A DNA stretch of 59,100 bases, filler included, from Sphacelaria rigidula (Eukaryota), in the NCBI GenBank assembly GCA_964200075.2. It is 9 parts of 9 records of this genome, joined end to end, with 100 filler letters (N's around TTAATTAATTAA, not from the genome) between each part and the next. Parts side by side here need not be neighbours in the genome. Positions count along the whole stretch, not along the records: positions 6,580 to 13,057 come from CAXNAA020019840.1; positions 13,158 to 19,635 come from CAXNAA020019841.1; positions 19,736 to 26,213 come from CAXNAA020019842.1; 6 more parts are not named here. The stretch is one strand, 5' to 3'. Shown here piece after piece: positions 11,761 through 23,329 of this stretch (its first letter is position 1; every line of letters starts with the position of its first letter). The notes beneath the pieces were generated by a model. The model made no database searches and was not told the DNA's origin. It was given only the letters and a program-made list of their open reading frames with translations. The position numbers and the translations under genes are program-made.

Positions 11761-12124
11761 ACAGTTTTGGACCTCCAAGCAGGAAATGTCGCCAACATTT
11801 ATCTCTGACGCTATGCATCACCTCACTGGGATGAGTGGGGCGCACTTGTCCGATGTGCCCGGCTCTCAGGTTTCGAAAACGGCCACTGAACAAAACTCCA
11901 GCTTGAAATTTAGAAATATGAAACGGTATGGAACTTCCGCAAATTTCATTGGGGACACTACATTTGTTTCGTTTCCAACTGGATTGTGTTTGGCGGCCGT
12001 CGTCAAAACTTCGCGGCAGAGATAATCGAATGGGTGGGATGGACTTCTCTCAGCTCGGTGATGCGTAGTGTCTGCGCAAGGCACGTGGTGGTGACATTTT
12101 CTGCTGTGGGCCCCTGAAAACTGT
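11761..12124. mobile_element. Foldback/MITE-like imperfect palindrome
   Basis: ACAGTTTT..AGCAGGAAATGTCGCCA..GACGCTATGCATCACC..GGCCACTGAACAAAACTCCAG pairs in reverse order with CTGGATTGTGTTTGGCGGCC..GGTGATGCGTAGTGTC..TGGTGACATTTTCTGCT..AAAACTGT. Confidence 0.7.
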
Positions 12125-12202
12125 GTCGAGTGCCCCTAAACAATATATTCCAAGTCGAAAACATCCAACGCAAGGAAGCTATGACTTCGGATGATGATGT
12201 GT

Positions 12203-12445
12203 TCACTGCAGAGTTATCCCCTTTTGCTTTGAAAATCGCTGACGCTCAGCGAGCGGATCTGCCATGTCGACGGTTGACACGAACATGTATATCACTACAA
12301 AAATCAAGACACTGATGGTGAACATTTTCAAACTCTGGCGAGAAAAAAAGCGATGCCCATGGGAAGTAGAGATGAACACGGACACCTTGTCCTCTTGGGG
12401 TACTTGAATGTACAGGGCAGCCGTGATGAACCACCCGAACAAACG
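12203..12445 (-). CDS. Candidate terminal exon or relic of a membrane protein, family unknown
   Basis: caacAG| then 80 open codons with two hydrophobic stretches (LFGWFITAALYI; MFTISVLIFVVIYMFVSTV) and TGA. No partner exon was found. Confidence 0.25.
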   Translation of the reverse strand, partial: RLFGWFITAALYIQVPQEDKVSVFISTSHGHRFFSRQSLKMFTISVLIFVVIYMFVSTVDMADPLAERQRFSKQKGITLQ

Positions 12446-13057
12446 CTGTTGTGCGAATAGTTATCTCCCTTGCTTGCTCCCCTATTCTCGCAGTACGGTG
12501 TAGAAAGGAGGCAACCTTGCATGTTCTCGGGGGAAAAAAAAAAAGAAGGGAATACGTACATGAGTCGAATCAATGTTGTTTTGCACCGTGAGAAAACCTC
12601 GCTGACCTCTGTCTCCTAGAGAATCCGAATACTCCAGTTGATGCTTTTCCTTGTCCACCGCCCCTTACTGTATTTTGCGTACCCGACTGACTGTACTGCG
12701 CAAATGGCGCAGTCTATATATATATATGCGTACCGAGTTGATATCTATATCGTGGTGTCATCTCAAGCGCAGATTCGAATGGCAGTACGTCCAGTAGAGG
12801 GTACCGCAAGAATTGGTGGATGGTACAGACTCAGTAAGTGAGCATCTTGGACGTAGGGCAGAAGCTCGAAAGAGCATGGCGGCGCGTGCACTGCGCCGAG
12901 TTGATAGGAGGTTTTAGTGGGTCCGATCCCCACACTGTTTTGAGCAAGGCTTGCACGACTAGGACGAATCATCACGACTCAAAATCAGCAAATCCACGAT
13001 TTCTTCGGCCTGATTGCCCGAAAGGGAGAAAAAAGTTGATCGCTGGTCCAAGGGGTA

Positions 13058-13157
13058 NNNNNNNNNNNNNNNNNNNNNNNNNNNNNNNNNNNNNNNNNNN
13101 NTTAATTAATTAANNNNNNNNNNNNNNNNNNNNNNNNNNNNNNNNNNNNNNNNNNNN
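13058..13157. other. Artificial contig spacer 2
   Basis: N44-TTAATTAATTAA-N44. Confidence 0.99.
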
Positions 13158-13713
13158 CGGGGAGCGGTGGATTCTCATTTCAAAATACGTTCTCATTTTT
13201 CTGGCAACCCTGTTGTATGCTTGATGTGCCTCTGCGCTGTCCGCTGTTTCAACGGGTGTGGCTCTTGACGTACTGCCCTAGTGCACTCTGAGAAAATAAT
13301 AACATGGGCACCGTTCCTTTCATTTGTCCCATATTGCCGTTCAAATGCGACTCTGCTTGATACGCCGTTTAAGACAAAGTATGTTTTGTTTCATACGAGA
13401 TTTTTGATGGCGTGCGATATCCCTTTTTCATATTGTCGGTTGAATACGGCTCTTTTGCTTTCGTGATCGACGAAGAAGACCTATTTCTGTGCGGCCGTCG
13501 AAATAGGTGTGATGTTTCGGCGAAACTTGTCAAAGCATGGATTAATCACGTGATGACTCTGCCGTTCATTAATACCGTTGGATACCTCTCTCATGTGGCT
13601 GTTCGAAATAATTTGCACTTACGCATGTTTATTTGACGCTCGTGAATGGGTGATCACAGAAACTCGGTTTTTGCATATCATGCGGCCGTTGAATGTGATC
13701 GCAACTGTTTCAG

Positions 13714-13782
13714 GGCATTTGGACGTCTGCACAGGGTCATCGATACGAGGGACAGTTCGAGGACGGCAAGCGGAACGGAGAG
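13714..13782 (+). CDS. MORN-repeat protein, exon n-3 (one repeat)
   Basis: tttcAG|69 nt|GTatca, phase 0. GIWTSAQGHRYEGQFEDGKRNGE fits MORN (GxxxxxxGxxYEGxFxxGxxxG). Confidence 0.88.
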
Positions 13783-14490
13783 GTATCATGATCATATGAC
13801 AATATCAACAAAATGAAATTTATGATCGAGCGTCAAATGGTGGTGATTAAATGGTCCACGTTCATAAGCAATATTGAACCTGATCACAATTCTTCGATGC
13901 GTACTGTTGAGACTGCTCACATTCCATTGTTCAGCAACATGCCTCAGCTCAACATCACTCTACTACGTCACGCTAGAAAAATGTATGCCGAATTGCCTCT
14001 GAGGGGGATCGTTCCTTCTCAGATTTCCTTCTCCGCAAGGGCAAAAGCTTTCGGCGACGTACGACAAGGAGTGGCAATATAAATGCCGTTAGGAGTGAGT
14101 ACCCATGTGCCACCGGTCTAAATGAATTATATATATCAATGGTTGGCAGTGAAGCTGTCCTCGCAGTGAGTGCATGTGCATGGCCGGTCAGAACGATTTT
14201 TCTAGCCTTCACTGAAATCCATCCGTACGCTTGATCAGCTTTGGACGGAAGCGTTTGTTCACAGTGGGCATTTTCATCAGTGCATTTGATGATGGTCGGT
14301 CTGTCCCATTGCGTGTTCAATTGTATGAGCGGACGCCGATCATTGCGAGGCGAAGGGGGACGCTTCTAGGCTGCGCGTCGTGTTCACCAGTCCGGCCCTT
14401 CTTTGTTTCCATGATAACTCAACGCACACACTCCCTACCCTCGTGTATTCGTCGCGCCTTCTCCAACTTTGTTTTTACGGGGGAAAACAG

Positions 14491-14559
14491 GGTACCTACA
14501 TCTGGGCAGACGGGAGCAAGCATGCCGGAACTTGGAAAGACGATCTACAGCACGGGCAG
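14491..14559 (+). CDS. MORN-repeat protein, exon n-2 (one repeat)
   Basis: aaacAG|69 nt|GTgagg, phase 0. Translates GTYIWADGSKHAGTWKDDLQHGQ. Confidence 0.92.
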
Positions 14560-14800
14560 GTGAGGGTGTGGTATCGATACTGAGAAACAAGCAACGCCTT
14601 CAGAGAGAGGGAGACGGGGCAAATTCGCACTCAGGGGTGCCTCCTGGAGTCATAGCGGTATGCCGTAGCATGGCCACTTCGTGTCGCGACAGAAATGTTG
14701 TTCGTACTGTCACCCTATCGGCGCGTTTTCCGCTTCCTTCATATATAAATGTTGCTGCCTTGGCCCTTCGCTTTCTGCTGGCGTGTTCGCGACAAAGCAG

Positions 14801-14869
14801 GGCACATACACATCGGTAAACGGCAGTAGACACGTCGGAATCTGGCAAAGCGGTGTGTCAGACGGGCAG
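14801..14869 (+). CDS. MORN-repeat protein, exon n-1 (one repeat)
   Basis: aagcAG|69 nt|GTgagt, phase 0. Translates GTYTSVNGSRHVGIWQSGVSDGQ. Confidence 0.9.
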
Positions 14870-14979
14870 GTGAGTCGACCGTGTACTGTACTGTAGCACA
14901 GCCGCCCGCTCCTAGAAAATTGTTCTTCGACGTGGAGCTCCAAACCCTACTTTTTTGACCCCCCTGGTTACATGTTTCT

Positions 14980-15042
14980 TCTCGAAAGGGATGCGTGGTC
15001 AATGGTCAAACAACTAAGGCAAGCAAAAAATGAGTACCCCCC
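14980..15042 (-). repeat. G-run/GTACTCAT repeat module, intronic reverse copy
   Basis: CTCGAAAGGGATGCGTGGTCAATGGTCAAACAACTAAGGCAAGCAAAAAATGAGTACCCCCC is the reverse complement of the module at 31137. Confidence 0.8.
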
Positions 15043-16378
15043 GCGCGCTGGATACATGTATATCCCACATACGAAAAGACAGGACCGATAATGGGGTGAA
15101 GAGTTCAGCTCAGGTTCATAGGCCGACTTCCTAATCTGAACATTCAAATCAGCCTCGGGTTTCCTGGACGAAGGGTTTCCCAGCAGCATACATACCGCTA
15201 CCACCGTATAATGCCAATGCGATAGCGGCGTGATGAGAAGGCAAGCTCACGTAACTTAGGACGAATTTGCGGTGGCATGTAAGGTGTGACGGGATGCAGT
15301 ACTGCTGTAAAAACTGTGAAAATTCCAGCGGATGTAGGGTTGGTTTTGACGTGAACGGTGCTACGACCGCGCAACCGGGCAACATGGATTACACGAACAA
15401 ATACCATGCATGAGATAACATGGCACGATTTTCGGTGAACCGTATGAATATATTGAGTGATACACGATCGTAGACTCGACCTGCATAAACCTAGATGCCA
15501 ACTATTATGTACAGAGTTAGGCGAGCCAGAGCCTCAGCAAAACCAGGTACGATAGACAAAACTTGAACGCTGCCTGGGGAATTCTGTTTCATCGGTGGCT
15601 GCGCGGCATAGGTGATACCTCTCGACTACGACGCGTATTGCCGTAAGCAGATACTAAAGGAACGGCGTGATGAACACGCATCAAACGTGACGGGTATGCT
15701 TGAGTGCTAGTGAATTACAGAGGACCCGAGGAAAACATGACTGCGCAAATCAACGTAACGCCGCCGGCGATTAACCGTTGACTGCAGCAGACAGAGCATC
15801 ACGTGGCGGGTTTGTTTTTCTTGGTTTGTGCGAAAGCGAGAAGGTTGCTCGAGACAGTAATGTTATGTCATACCCTGTGGCCAGCTTGGCCCATGTCGTT
15901 TGTTTTGCCGTTTGCCGGAAGCACCCCTAGGGGCATACTGAAATGATCATGGCGCACGATAAAGCGATCATGGCGTCTCGGTGATCATTTGAACTCATGC
16001 CGCTTATTTTTGCTGCGTCGGTATGCCATGATGTTTCCAGCATCAATCGTTGAATCGTCAACCCACTGTATTGCTGGGCGATCCATTTGTGGCCGCTCCA
16101 AGGCTTACGGGAAGGAGGGGTGACACGTTATCCCCCTATCCTCCAACGGCTGTTTGGCGGTGCACTTCTGCCTGGATCGACGGTCGGAAACAACATGCGT
16201 AAATCAGCACAGACAAGCTGACGAACGAAAAGTCGTTTGTGTCGCAACCTTTTTCTTCGCATTGTGCACATTGCACATAAGGATAGAGTAGTGCAGTCGG
16301 TCTCGGAACACTCTAACCTCCCACATGTGTGTACTGTGTGCATGCGTGTGTGTTTGTTTACTGCGTCGCCTGTTGCAG

Positions 16379-16444
16379 GGTACCCGTTACAACCCGGACG
16401 GCACGCTGCAGGGAAAGTGGAGCAAGTTCTTCAAGCCTGCTTAG
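16379..16444 (+). CDS. MORN-repeat protein, terminal exon
   Basis: gttgcAG| phase 0. Translates GTRYNPDGTLQGKWSKFFKPA then TAG, a partial MORN-like cap. Confidence 0.82.
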   Translation, partial: GTRYNPDGTLQGKWSKFFKPA

Positions 16445-19400
16445 CACTCCCACCACCACCGGGAATCGCGCTCAGCCGCTGAGGCAGATATGTGACACAT
16501 ATGTGGCATATATGTGCATACAAAACGAATACACACTGCATGAGGCGAAAGCCAAATATTGGTTGGAGAGTATGCACACATATGCACCTCTATATCAATG
16601 TAAGCATGAAGATGGTAGTCTAGATCCGACGAGGTACCCTTTAGATCGTCGAAGCACCAACCTGCGCTAAATTGTAAAAGGAAAATATATTCATACTATA
16701 TTAAAACGCACACATACATATGTATGCACGTATATGGGGTAGCTCAGATAAAATCAAACGAATCGAACGGAGACGGGCAAGGCACCTTCGGGTCGTCTAA
16801 AGTTCACAGGCGCTCCTCGATGGTCAAATACGCGTTGGTGTTGGTTATTTTGTCTGTTCCTGCCTTGTTTTTTCTGTTTGCTTTCAGGTCTAAGTGCTTT
16901 ATTTTTGTTTTGGTTTTGACTACGGACTACTCAGTGTTCACGTGTACCTTTTTTTGTTTTCGGGTCGTGGCATACAGTGGTATATGCCTCATGGCTCTTC
17001 GCTTCTAAACTCTCACCAGTTCTAATCCGGTGAATGTAGAGTTCACTTTTGTCGAGATGTTGCGGAATACTTTTCACGGATATTCCGTCATTTTGTTGAT
17101 AATCCTACGGGTGAAATCCGTTTGCCGTATTCAGTTTTGGTGGTGATTTTCGCTTTGTGTTTTACTTACTGTCATCCCCCACTGTGCCTTGCGTGTAAAT
17201 GACTCATTTTGCTGAGCTGTAGTGTACACTCGCTCGATGAAGCAGTGCGTAGCTGGATTTGTAACGATACATCCACCGATTCACAGGCTGCTTCAACCGG
17301 CTGGAATGTCTTGTATCGTAGTTCGAAGTATACCTTCTGTCAGCTTTAGTTTTAGAGAATGTATTATCATGGGTTTATTACAAATAAATACGGCTTGTGT
17401 GCGTTGTGTTTTTTCGCAGCTCCTCGCTGTCATGATCCCGCGTCTAGACCAAAAACAGGGTAGCGCTTTCGTGGTGGAGTCTGGGATCATTATCCCACCT
17501 CTTACGAAAACACCCAGCGACGTTTTTTTTCGTGTCCAAGTAGAAGTACTTTAAGCGGAATATTGGGGTATTACTCGTGTGTGTTTACATCTTTTTCGGA
17601 TTATGTCCGTGTCTAGGCGTTCCTTCTTGTCTTGCCCTTCTCAGATATTCCCCCTGTCTCTGTTTCTGTCGTTGGGATAGTCGGAAGGTACGGCAAGAAT
17701 TCTATCCTTCCTTGTCGACACCGTGCGGCTTTCATCCTGCGCTTGTGGGGTGCATACGTGTATAATTCGTCAACTGCGTATACCGCAGCTGATATAGGTA
17801 GGTACTCACGAACCGTCTGTGTGCGATAGTCTCCGTAAAATCGCGTTCGCAACTCAAACGCCCTTCAAGAGAAAATGTGCACAAAAAGTGTATGCGCGAT
17901 ACATTGTAGATGGAGATATCGAGAGTTGGATTAGGTTTGACAGTGGGCTGGATAGGCGTGGTTGCTCAAGTTGAGGGATAATAGAAGGCTGTGAAAATAT
18001 ACGTCGGGGACTCGTTCGTCCGACTACGTGTCCAACAGAGCAAAATTTTGACTGAAGCACTCCTATATTATCGTCAATAATAGCATCATTCAATCATTTC
18101 GATCCGACGAGTTTCGTCGGCGTAATCCCAAGCTGTTTCGCTACTGCTCCTTTCGCTCTAGAAAATTGGGTCCACAGAGCAACTAGGGGACATTCCATGT
18201 TTTACTTCACTGCAGCACAAAAACACGCACAGCCTCTTCCATATGGTAAAGTTGTGATTGTACTGTGATGTATGAATACCTTGCGAAGACGGTTTGGTCT
18301 CCGCTGGAGTCGCCTCAGCTGCGGCACTGTTGTTGTGTTCCGCTCTGTACAAAACAAAAGCAGTAGGCACGCAGTGCTGTCTGGTCAAAAATGAAAGTGC
18401 CGTAATATACTGGTTGGGCGTTGTGTATTTCGCAGCGACAAAGGCACTTCGTACGCAGATCCACGATTCCTGTGTACAGCTGACATTGTAGAGCCTAGTG
18501 TAGTACGTTCGAATCCTGGAAAGACGATTTGGTCTGCGCTGAGGATTACCTCAACTGTCATACTGTTGTGTCCCGGTCGGCAAGAAGGTCGAAAAATGTC
18601 GTCGGCATGCAGTGCTATCTTCACATAGGAGGGACGAAGATGGAAGAGGGAGAGTGCGTTGCGAAATTCGTGACCGACTGACGATATACCGCCTTGTCCC
18701 CACCGCCACCCCCGTTTGTGGGGCAATGACTTTTTTATCCGGACAATGGACACAAGTGGGTCGACCGATGATCTCTCGAGCCAAAAAGGAGTGTCGGCAA
18801 AATACAGGCACGGACTTTGTGCTTCACTGAAATAGATCGAAGTTCAACTCTGATGCGAAGGCAAGTCCACCACGGCCTAGGCAGAGTATGGGAGCCGACT
18901 TTCACGAAGTTTCGGGCGCGCCTATGGACCAAACAGAGCCGCGGGCAACTGGGGCTGCGCAGTAGGTTTCCTTTAGGTCGAGAACGGAGTGGGGTGATCC
19001 ACCGGTGTGTACTATTCCTATCCCTGGCCCTCGTTTTCCCGTGCTTTTATCCCTTTTTTGCCAATAGATCCTCTCGTGACCACTGTCCGCCCCTCAAACC
19101 TCATCCTCCACGCCGCCGCATGGCAAAACATCACAGGACCTAAAAAAATATCCGCCGTATCTTTGCGTCGGGGAGAGTCGCAACGGTCCGAAACTGCTGC
19201 TCCAGAATTCGTCTGGTGAAGGAGTCATACTCTCCGTTCAGAGCAATCACGCCCCCTATTTCATTCTTCCGCCGTGTTCCTTCGGGGTGCGACCCGTGGG
19301 TTGGGGTCTCTGCAACCGTTGCAGAACAACAAAATATGTGAGAGATCCTTGTCGACCTTATCGTTGTCGTTCCATGAGGTAGCGACCGGCTAGACATCCC

Positions 19401-19635
19401 GACGGGGTCGTTTTTGAGGTGGGGGATTCCTCTAGGCCACGGGAACATGCGGCGGAGATGTTTTTTGTCCTGTGATGCTTTGCCGTGCGGTGGCGTGGAG
19501 TGGTCACCAGAAAATCTACTTTGAACAGCCGATCCTAATTTTTGGCGTTGAAACATAAAATGAGGTTGACGTCCCATTTCTCCATTGCAGGGAAGATACG
19601 AAAGCGTAACACAGAGCGAAAGTATCTTCCCCCCC

Positions 19636-19735
19636 NNNNNNNNNNNNNNNNNNNNNNNNNNNNNNNNNNNNNNNNNNNNTTAATTAATTAANNNNNNNNN
19701 NNNNNNNNNNNNNNNNNNNNNNNNNNNNNNNNNNN
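19636..19735. other. Artificial contig spacer 3
   Basis: N44-TTAATTAATTAA-N44. Confidence 0.99.
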
Positions 19736-19847
19736 CGGCCCAACTCGTCTGTGTCGATGAGATATTGCTTTTAGAGCTTAAATCCGTTTTTAGGGTGGCC
19801 CAGCTCGTAGCTGCAGTTGTTTGCACCCACTCAACATCTGACGAACA

Positions 19848-20780
19848 GGCGCCACATTAGATAGGAACATGGCTGCAGACAGCAACGCAGTGCATCATAT
19901 ATGGCCCAATGCCGACAGGCAGGTGTGCAGTCATACTACACTCTACTGCTACTTCCATGTAAACCCAAAAAGAATCCACGATTTGCTCGGCCGAGATAAA
20001 CTTGCCGCTGAAGTTTGGGAAAAGCGGTACCGCTGTGCCTATTCCGCGCCTTTCAGTGTTACACGACGTTGTCCCGTGTTCTTGCGCTCTGCTGCAACTT
20101 TGCAGATGTTTTTACCCATGGCCGTCGCTGATATTTCGACGAGAATTGAACATGGAAGAACCCATAGTGCTTTGACGACGGCGCGCCCAACACGTGCAAG
20201 GTGAGACCTGATGTCCTCCAGTTCCCATGGTGTCTGGCTACAGTGTTTGTGTACGTATGTCTCTGGACACGGAAGAGGTGCAGGCAAGCTTTTATTTTAC
20301 AGTGGATACAAGTGGATTCACGAAAATGTCATTTTCGGGTGATGTGAAAATTCAAGCGGTTTACATCAAACACCTCATGACACGAAATTGACAAAGAATG
20401 GATAGTCGTTTGCACATAATAGCCATCGACGTTCAAATCTCGCCTCTTCGGTGCAGCCAACTCACACCAATGGAGGCTACACCGTCTGTACTACAGCAGC
20501 CGTAGTAGGTATAGGATTGCGGAAACTGTGGTTGTTGCTCAGACGGCAAGCTGGCTGAAGAGACCTCGAGCGTGCACAAGATAGCGGCTAGCATCCATCA
20601 TGGTCGCCTATACAATCAAACTCCACTTGTTCAAATGGAATGAAGCATGAGTTCTGTGACTACCGTTCATCACATTCATAGCCGTGCAGGTGGTGGGGCT
20701 CTGCGGACGAAGATGTAATCCGCTGCATCTCCTTGTGAAGGACACTTTCAGATGGAGTAGTAAGACATGACTTGAGCAAC
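19848..20780 (+). pseudogene. Decayed Mutator/MULE-type transposase with possible SWIM finger
   Basis: ATLDRNMAADSNAVHHIWPNAD...CYFH fits the MULE D..A..NA....P.A...CxxH motif. Downstream in the expected order are DKEWI (about 20390), PMEA (about 20470) and a broken C-C..H cluster (about 20720-20777). Stops and frameshifts are present. Confidence 0.45.
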
Positions 20781-22819
20781 TTTGTGCCTGGTAAAACGTG
20801 TTCGTATGTTCGGTCGGCTTGTCCTCTCGCGCGAAATGAGTACCAGATTCGTGTCGTTTTGAAAAACAACGGCGGCATATCCCCAGATCCATGCCACAGG
20901 AGTCGTTCCTAGCAAAAAAACATACGAAAATCATTTTCGTGAGACCACTGGCGGGTCCATCAGAGTTAGTCGCACCGAGCGAAATCTGTGGGGGAGCAGA
21001 ACGCGCAGCTGTGATTCGGACGCGTACATCTGCGTTTACGTTTGTGCTCGTATCGCCATCAGCAACATTTTTGATGCTAGCCCCTTGAAATTGCCGTTGA
21101 GGTCCCTTGGAGGTGGTCATTGGATAGTGTCCAACTTCAAGGCGTCACTTCTCGTTTGAGACAATGGTTGAGTACTCCAACAGGGGTAGATCTGCCCGGT
21201 CCCCTACAGAAACGCCCAATTTAACGTAAGTAGTACCCCTCAGTGTGGTGCATACGTAGCAACGTTACAGCTACCACCCGGATATCTTACGGCGCTCGAC
21301 ACCGTGATTCACATGGGTTCGAAAACCTGTACTAAAACAAATCATATTTGGATTCCTCGACCTTTCAACGTTCAGAAGAAACGGGTAACAAGCTTCACCC
21401 TCCTCACCAGAAGGTTGCTTGCACACGATGACCGAAAGACGCAGGTGATGATCGCCCTCGGCCACCATACCTTGTACCTCACATCCAACACCGATATAGC
21501 TGTTGTCATAGATACAGCAACAAACTTGTGCTGCAGACGCATCAGCGCAGCAGCAGCATTGACTCCATGTTCTGCTCGACCCTGAATCGCGTTTTGATTT
21601 TGATTTTGCGAAAGTTGGTGTACATGCTCTGCATGGGCTGCGGGCGCCTTGCCTTTGTGACGGGATCGAATTTTCAGTGGTTTGGGCCGAGCACAGACAG
21701 CTCCAACTTGCACCTTTCCCTTTACCTACTCTTGGATTGAAATAGCCGGTCATGTACCAACTTTGTCTGCTGCCCTTGTTACAAATGCGAGTATGAATCG
21801 TCAGTCTCGCGCCAAGAGAAAAAGACACAATTACACACCAATTCCTGCACCTGCATACAAAAACATTGTACAAGGTATCAGCTGGGGCCATCCACAAAGT
21901 AGATACAGTCTACACGAGCGGCAAGCCTCCGAGGAAGGAGGGACGGTCTAACACGCGGGATCTCTGGAAAACTGTTCAAGGCGGGACTGTGCGTGCAATT
22001 TTCAGGCTGAAAAGGTCCCTGCTTCCGGGGTTGGGTGGTGTGAATGGTGTTGCTCAGTATAAGTGCCTTGCGCGCACCATGGTACGCCGACAGGTTGCGG
22101 TCACGCTGGACTATCCGGCCCCTCACCATGCCTACGGTATAGCCTATAGAGTGTACACTCCCACCAGAAAAAGGATAATCTCGATCGCTTTTGGCACCAA
22201 CGCGAATAACATGGTTACTTGCATACATGCCTGGCGTTGCAGCTTGCCGCTTTTAAATTTGATAACTCTATCGTGGTCATCACAACGTGGAGCAGAACAG
22301 ATGATGCACTGCACTGTCCTGTACTGCACTTTACCCTACTGTTGTGAAAGGTCCCACACTGTTATGCACAACGTTGTACACTGCACAGACTGTCCCACTT
22401 TTTACGGCGCAGTCGTTGACGGACAGAGAGGCAAATGACACACGGCAACATCGATGCCCTTCAGCTGTGCCACGCGTTGTACCGAGGACTTCCCGCTTCG
22501 AAAGTGGCGCCTGTACTCTGGAGGCTGCGGGGGTGTACGGCGATTGCTGTTCGCTGTCACACTCGTCTGTCCGAACAAAGATGCACGGGACTAGGAATTA
22601 TCACCGTGCTTGAGGGAGTACACGCATTTCTCAGGCAGCGGGTATATCCACGCTACAAATGTAGAACCGCGGCGCGTGATGGGAAGGCAGCTTTATGAGA
22701 GTGCGTGACAAAAGAGAGTCTCGGGGAATGTTTTCTCGCAGTTTGGAGTCAGAGTAAAAGAAATTCATCGTGGAAGCTCTTAAAACTTCAGAGTTTAATC
22801 TTTTACCCATTATATATTT

Positions 22820-23114
22820 TTTTATTTGTCGCACAAATAACTCCCCCTTCCTCGGGATGAGTCCGTGGCCTCAAGGGATTAACCCATACTCCTCGGTACA
22901 CGCCTTACATTGGTCTCGCGGATTGGGTCAGCAATCCCGCACCGCGTCAACTCACGTCAAACAAACTCAGTCAATTACTTTGTTTACTCACGTTCTCACC
23001 CTTTCCACGGTGGAAATAGACACTACGAAGAGAATACCCGACGCATCGGGAATCGAAACCCCGTTCTCTCCACCCTAATGGCGGCAGGCGGACCATTACA
23101 CCACCGGGGCGCGG
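22820..23114 (-). mobile_element. tRNA-headed SINE, copy 1
   Basis: On the minus strand it begins CCGCGCCCCGGTGGTGTAATGG (A box) ... GGTTTCGATTCC (B box), then a roughly 200-bp body and an A-rich tail. It is colinear with 30035-30296 and 51700-52024. Confidence 0.8.
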
Positions 23115-23329
23115 CTACAGAGTGTGTGCTGAAAATTTGATAGCGAACTGCTTCTGCCGGTAAGCTACCGGCGAGCAGTGTTCACAGCTGTATGTTTTTG
23201 GGAGGACTGATGAAAATACAACGTGGTGCGAGAAGTTGTGTTGGGCAGTAAAATTTGCCTCGTTGATAAGATTCCTTCAAGGGTAGTGGCCACATGATGA
23301 TGCCTATTCTCCGCTGAAGACGGTGGCAC

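Noticed and set aside
18720..19130. DIRS-like RNase H/methyltransferase relic (FIRTMDTSGSTDDLS; EWGDPPVCTIP)
   Set aside because: The motif matches are too short and degenerate to support without a profile search.
23040..23114. tRNA gene (also near 30230-30296 and 51950-52024)
   Set aside because: A and B boxes are present but there is no complete cloverleaf, and each is fused to the same SINE body.
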